A stretch of DNA of 64,000 nt from Lingula anatina (lineage: Eukaryota; Animalia; Brachiopoda), in assembly GCA_051362555.1 (NCBI GenBank), contig CM120640.1, positions 51,314,788 through 51,378,787 of the forward strand, read 5' to 3'. Below are positions 59,621 to 64,000 of this stretch, piece by piece. A program made the position numbers and the translations under genes. The first letter of the stretch is position 1; each line of letters starts with the position of its first letter. The notes beneath the pieces were generated by a model. It was given only the letters and a program-made list of their open reading frames with translations, did no database searches and had not been told where the DNA came from.

Positions 59621-60278
59621 CTGAAAAAGATTTAAGGTCACATATTTACTAGTAGTGGAATTCATCATAATTTTATGTGTGATCAGCACATCCTGCTGAA
59701 ATTCCAGGTCTCATGATTGCATGATCAATCAATCCTACAATCCTGATTAATATAGGTAACAAATGACTGGAACTAAACAATATGAGTGTCACTGGATGAT
59801 AAACCTGACCATTCAAAACAGTTTTATCAGTGATACTTTATCATTCATAACTGTTTTACATATTTGTTCTACTTTAATGTCAAATCTCCCTGAAATAGTG
59901 ATTTTTATATACTTACTCCTTTCATCAAACAAACCTTTGGCAAAAAAAAAGTAAATTTCAATACATGGGGTCCAAAGACTACTGTACACAAATGAATTAC
60001 ACTTCCTGCTTCCTGGATTCAAACTGTGATATACACTGCAGAAATTTCCTTTCTGTTTATAATCATTATATATAATACAACAACAAAGGATTGGCAGGAG
60101 TTCAGTGCACACATTGAATACCTTTGGGACAATAACACCGATATAGAATATCTTTCTTAATGGCTCAAGAAATGGTATGGTTACTAAGAAATGTGCCAGC
60201 AAATTAGCATTCCTCTGCAAATAAATGCCCCTGAAACTTAAAGGTATACTGTATGCATTTGAAAATTTCCGTATCTAT

Positions 60279-60717
60279 GACCTCATTCCCATAACCACAT
60301 AGATCTAACAGAATTGATCCATCTCCAAGGGGTTTCTCACTAAATTGCATTAGATGTCTGGCATGCCCACTGAAGCTGCTAAAAGCTAGTTAATTACCCC
60401 TTAACAGCAGATAGGTCGATCCTGCTAGATCAATTTTGGTATGAGAACGGGGTTTATGACTGCGTTCCCATCGTACTAGCAGGATCTATCTATCTATCTC
60501 AGCGAGGATTCTCTCTCAGGCATAGTTAATGTAAGTTTAACTGTCAGGCACATCCCTCGCAAAGCAACATGAACAATGAACATCAAGGACCACAAAGTTT
60601 TCCCCCAAGTACTTTAAGTTACAAAGGGGCATGCCAGGCATTTAAGTCGCTTAAACTAAGAAACCTCAGGGAGTTAGATCATTCCAGCTAGTACAATAGG
60701 GTTATGGGAATGCTCCC
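60279..60717. mobile_element. Paired/nested degenerate MITEs forming a long fold-back
   Basis: Outer inverted cattcccataacc / ggttatgggaatg; inner gatcctgctag / ctagcaggatc; shares agttaattacccc with the element at 61624. Confidence 0.55.
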
Positions 60718-61403
60718 AGTGTCTTTTATCCTTCAGCTCTACTTTATATTCCCTAATGAAGACATTAATACTATACATGACTGGCCAGTCATTAAGAACA
60801 AAATCATTAAATAAAAAAAATGAAATAGAGCATGAAACCCAAGACCAGCAACAGGTTAAGCAATGATTCATGGTGAGAATTTTCTTTTCCTTCTCCTAGA
60901 GAAAAATTTATTTCAGCAGGTAAATTCAAAATAGAGTTCCTTAAATTTATCACCGAGTAAGAAGTTACCAAATGACAATAGATATGGATCTGGGATACAT
61001 GGGGAATTGTATCCTTTATAATTTTATTTACAAATGCACAAGACTAGGCCCAAAATGAGGGGATAGAGATGGTCATGACTCACCTAGGGTTAATTTTGGG
61101 ACACATATATTTCAAATGGACAGAGCTAAAAAGAACCATGTCAATATTCAAAATCAGATGAACAAGTAATTGTTGTGGACCTTTGCATCCACAGTGAAAA
61201 GGCCCAAGGAAGAGGGGAGGGGGGATAATCCTTCCTGAACATATCACTTCAAATACAAGTATTTAATTACATGGTACATGAATGTCCTGATGAGGACTCC
61301 TCATGGTTCAAGGCTTGAACTTTAAGCATGCTCATGCTAACAAATTTATTACTTTATTTGTGCCAAAATTATTTAAAAGGTCAAGAAAAAGAAAAAATAT
61401 ACA

Positions 61404-61408
<5 letters not shown>

Positions 61409-61458
<50 letters not shown>
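61409..61458. repeat. (GA)n microsatellite
   Basis: Direct reading. Confidence 0.95.
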
Positions 61459-61460
<2 letters not shown>

Positions 61461-61623
61461 CCACCATAAATGCAAAAAGCAGGATTATAAAAGATTCAAA
61501 TAAATGCCAAGGCCATCAGATGGATTTCTGGTCAAAATCAGCCACTGTATGGACAAACTTCTGGCAACTTTACATCATGTTGGAAAGTTATGTTTGTGGC
61601 CCTGTGCATTCAGAGGAACCTAA

Positions 61624-61838
61624 GACCCCACTTCCAGAGATTAGATCGATCTACTTTAGATCAACCTAACTCCCTGGGGGTTCACGCTAAATAGCTGTCA
61701 GCCGAGCGGACACGAAAGTTAATTACCCCCTTACAGCTTGTAGTAGGCGGGACGGACATTTAAGCCGGATTATCAGACAGTAATCTAGTGAGACTCCCCG
61801 CGGGGATAGATCGATCTAAAAGCTCTGGGAATACAGCC
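61624..61838. mobile_element. MITE (Harbinger-like), same family as 60279..60717
   Basis: ccagagattagatcgatcta / tagatcgatctaaaagctctgg imperfect TIRs, flanked by taa/tta; CpG-rich interior. Confidence 0.6.
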
Positions 61839-63164
61839 TTAATATATGTGGAAAGAGTTGGATTATAAGAACTCTGCTCATCGGACATTGGAATGGTTAG
61901 TGGTCTCATGAAGTATGTCTAATTTATAGTCTAAGCAGTCACATTCAGGGCCAAACCCAAGAAAGGCTTGAAACATGAAAAAGTAAACTTTGGACAGACT
62001 GACAACCACTGCTAGATAACATATTTATTAATTGGTCAATGATAAAATAGTCTTGTCCTATTATCAAATTATAACTTTTCCAAGGAGTTACAAGCCCTGT
62101 TGAAAGATTTGTTTCATATATTCTGGATTATACAAGCTTATAGTGTGCTCCATTAGTCTGGAAGGCATCTGCGGAGATGAAATATCACAGCCTGTGCTGG
62201 TAACATGAGTAATAGGACTCATAACATTACTTTTGTCATGAAAATTTCAATTAAGCTGTACAACATGAAGCCTCAGGGCCGTCATCCACATTAGACATGG
62301 CAACTTCCTCTCATATACACACATACTCAGGCAGAGAAAGGGGGAAAATATAATGTCCAAACTTATAAGTTTGCTATCTACCAAGTGGCAGAATTCCTTC
62401 TAGTAATATTAAATAAACCTACAGTTTTCTATCCTTGGGTGATCCTTCCATTCTTGTAAAGTTTTATGGCATAACAAGCTGGCACATAGTGCATGAACTA
62501 ATACATTTTTCAGTGGCAACCCTTTGCCACATAGCCAATTGCCTCACCATGGTAACTAGATGTATGTCATGTACCACAGTTCAGCTGGTTGTGTGTCCTT
62601 TTCAAAACATTATGCACAACATACGTACTTTGTTTCTGTTTCATTTATGACTACATTTTCTGTGTTTATGCTCCAATTGATTATTCCCTTGGCATAAATA
62701 TTAATACACTTAAATTGTAATATAAAATGCTTTTAAAGAAAAATAACTGTTCTAATCTTTAAAAATTTGCTACATAAAACCAATCAAAAATGTTCTAAAC
62801 ATTATTCTACATTAAAATCTGCCTAAATGGCTGGCAACTGAATGATTGATTGATTAAATTTTTTTCACTTGAATTTCACTTACTATAGGACTCAAACTAA
62901 CAATTCTCTCACACTTGGAGGTAAGGTGAAGTGCTTTAACATGAGGATTTACTTTACTGAACAATATCAGAGCTATATTCTTTTCAACTGTTGGCTTAGC
63001 TAACTGTGCAGTTTATAGTCCAGAATACCTACTGGTTATTAACTTTAAATTTCAAATCCACTACAAACCACAATCAAATTTGATTTTTTTAGATCTATAT
63101 GAGCAATTCAAAGATCTACCTCTACCCCACCCACCAAAAATAAAAATACGGATCTAAAAATCCA

Positions 63165-63171
<7 letters not shown>

Positions 63172-63245
<74 letters not shown>
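63172..63245. repeat. (TA)n microsatellite
   Basis: Direct reading. Confidence 0.95.
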
Positions 63246-63250
<5 letters not shown>

Positions 63251-64000
63251 TTTTTTTTTTTGAGGGAGAAAGGCACAATATTTCATGTGTTATTACCATT
63301 TGGAAAAGAGGTCTAATTCTATAACATCAATTCTTTCTTACTTACACAATATCTTTGCAAGAGAGTGATGCTTAATTGCACTTCAGTCAATTTCAGAACC
63401 TGACACAGATGCCAAACATTTTGTATTAAAACTAAAATAGATCTGATCAGACACCATGTTCTGTCAATACTCTGGATATAGCCTTAGGTTTGAAACCCAT
63501 TTAGTGGGTTAAGTTAAAATATTTTCTGCACCAGATCATCCACTACCCCCTACTCTCCCCCCCCCCCCCCCCCCCCATGATATCAATTGATATTCACACT
63601 AATGAATCCCTATGTATTAGAGCAATTTTTAGACTTTGACCAGTTTTCTTTAACATATGATTTACAATTATACTTGTGTTCAGAATATTGCATATCCACA
63701 TATTTTTGAGCACCTGTCAAACATTTGATATATATACTTCTGGCAAGCCATGTTTTAAAGTTTCCTGTGTTCCCTGTAACAAGGCACATGATTGAATTGT
63801 TATATTTCCATGTTTGGAAAAGTTTATACAACATTATTAAATGTCTGAAATAAGATCATGAAGGCCTTTTATTGCTTTCTATTTAGAGAATGCTTAGTAC
63901 AGAATGATCAGGTAGAGCTGACCTTTAAAACTATAATGCTAAAGTTAATGTGCTTTGACATCACCAGCTTCTGTGTGAACTTCAGGTGGTAAACAAACAA

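Noticed and set aside
59621-64000. Search for the next upstream PDZ exon (GDxxLxVNG half-domain)
   Set aside because: No phase-2-ending exon with a PDZ motif was found; it presumably lies beyond the window.

Overview
AT-rich, CpG-depleted, intron-containing animal genomic DNA. It is invertebrate-like, possibly lophotrochozoan, but the taxon cannot be proven from sequence. I reconstructed five spliced protein-coding genes by hand with phase-consistent GT-AG junctions, on strictly alternating strands. (1) 5' part of an ADAM metalloprotease (-, signal peptide + prodomain, runs off the left edge). (2) MFSD13A/TMEM180 (+, ~526 aa). (3) CFAP161 (-, 301 aa). (4) GOLPH3 (+, 291 aa). (5) 3' part of a very large PDZD2/pro-IL-16/big-bang-like multi-PDZ gene (-, ~2860 codons in window, 8 complete PDZ domains + 1 partial, 5' end not found in the window). 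Two head-to-head pairs share short CpG-richer promoters. Introns hold MITEs, a tandem Helitron/Helentron-like array and microsatellites. No CRISPR, rRNA or convincing tRNA was seen, and I found no evidence for a wholly new multi-gene system. The most notable signal is an apparently ancestral CFAP161-GOLPH3-PDZD2/IL16 cluster that human splits between 5p13 (PDZD2-GOLPH3) and 15q25 (CFAP161-IL16). Also notable are an expanded PDZ array with an IL-16-like terminal domain and a candidate 15-nt microexon.
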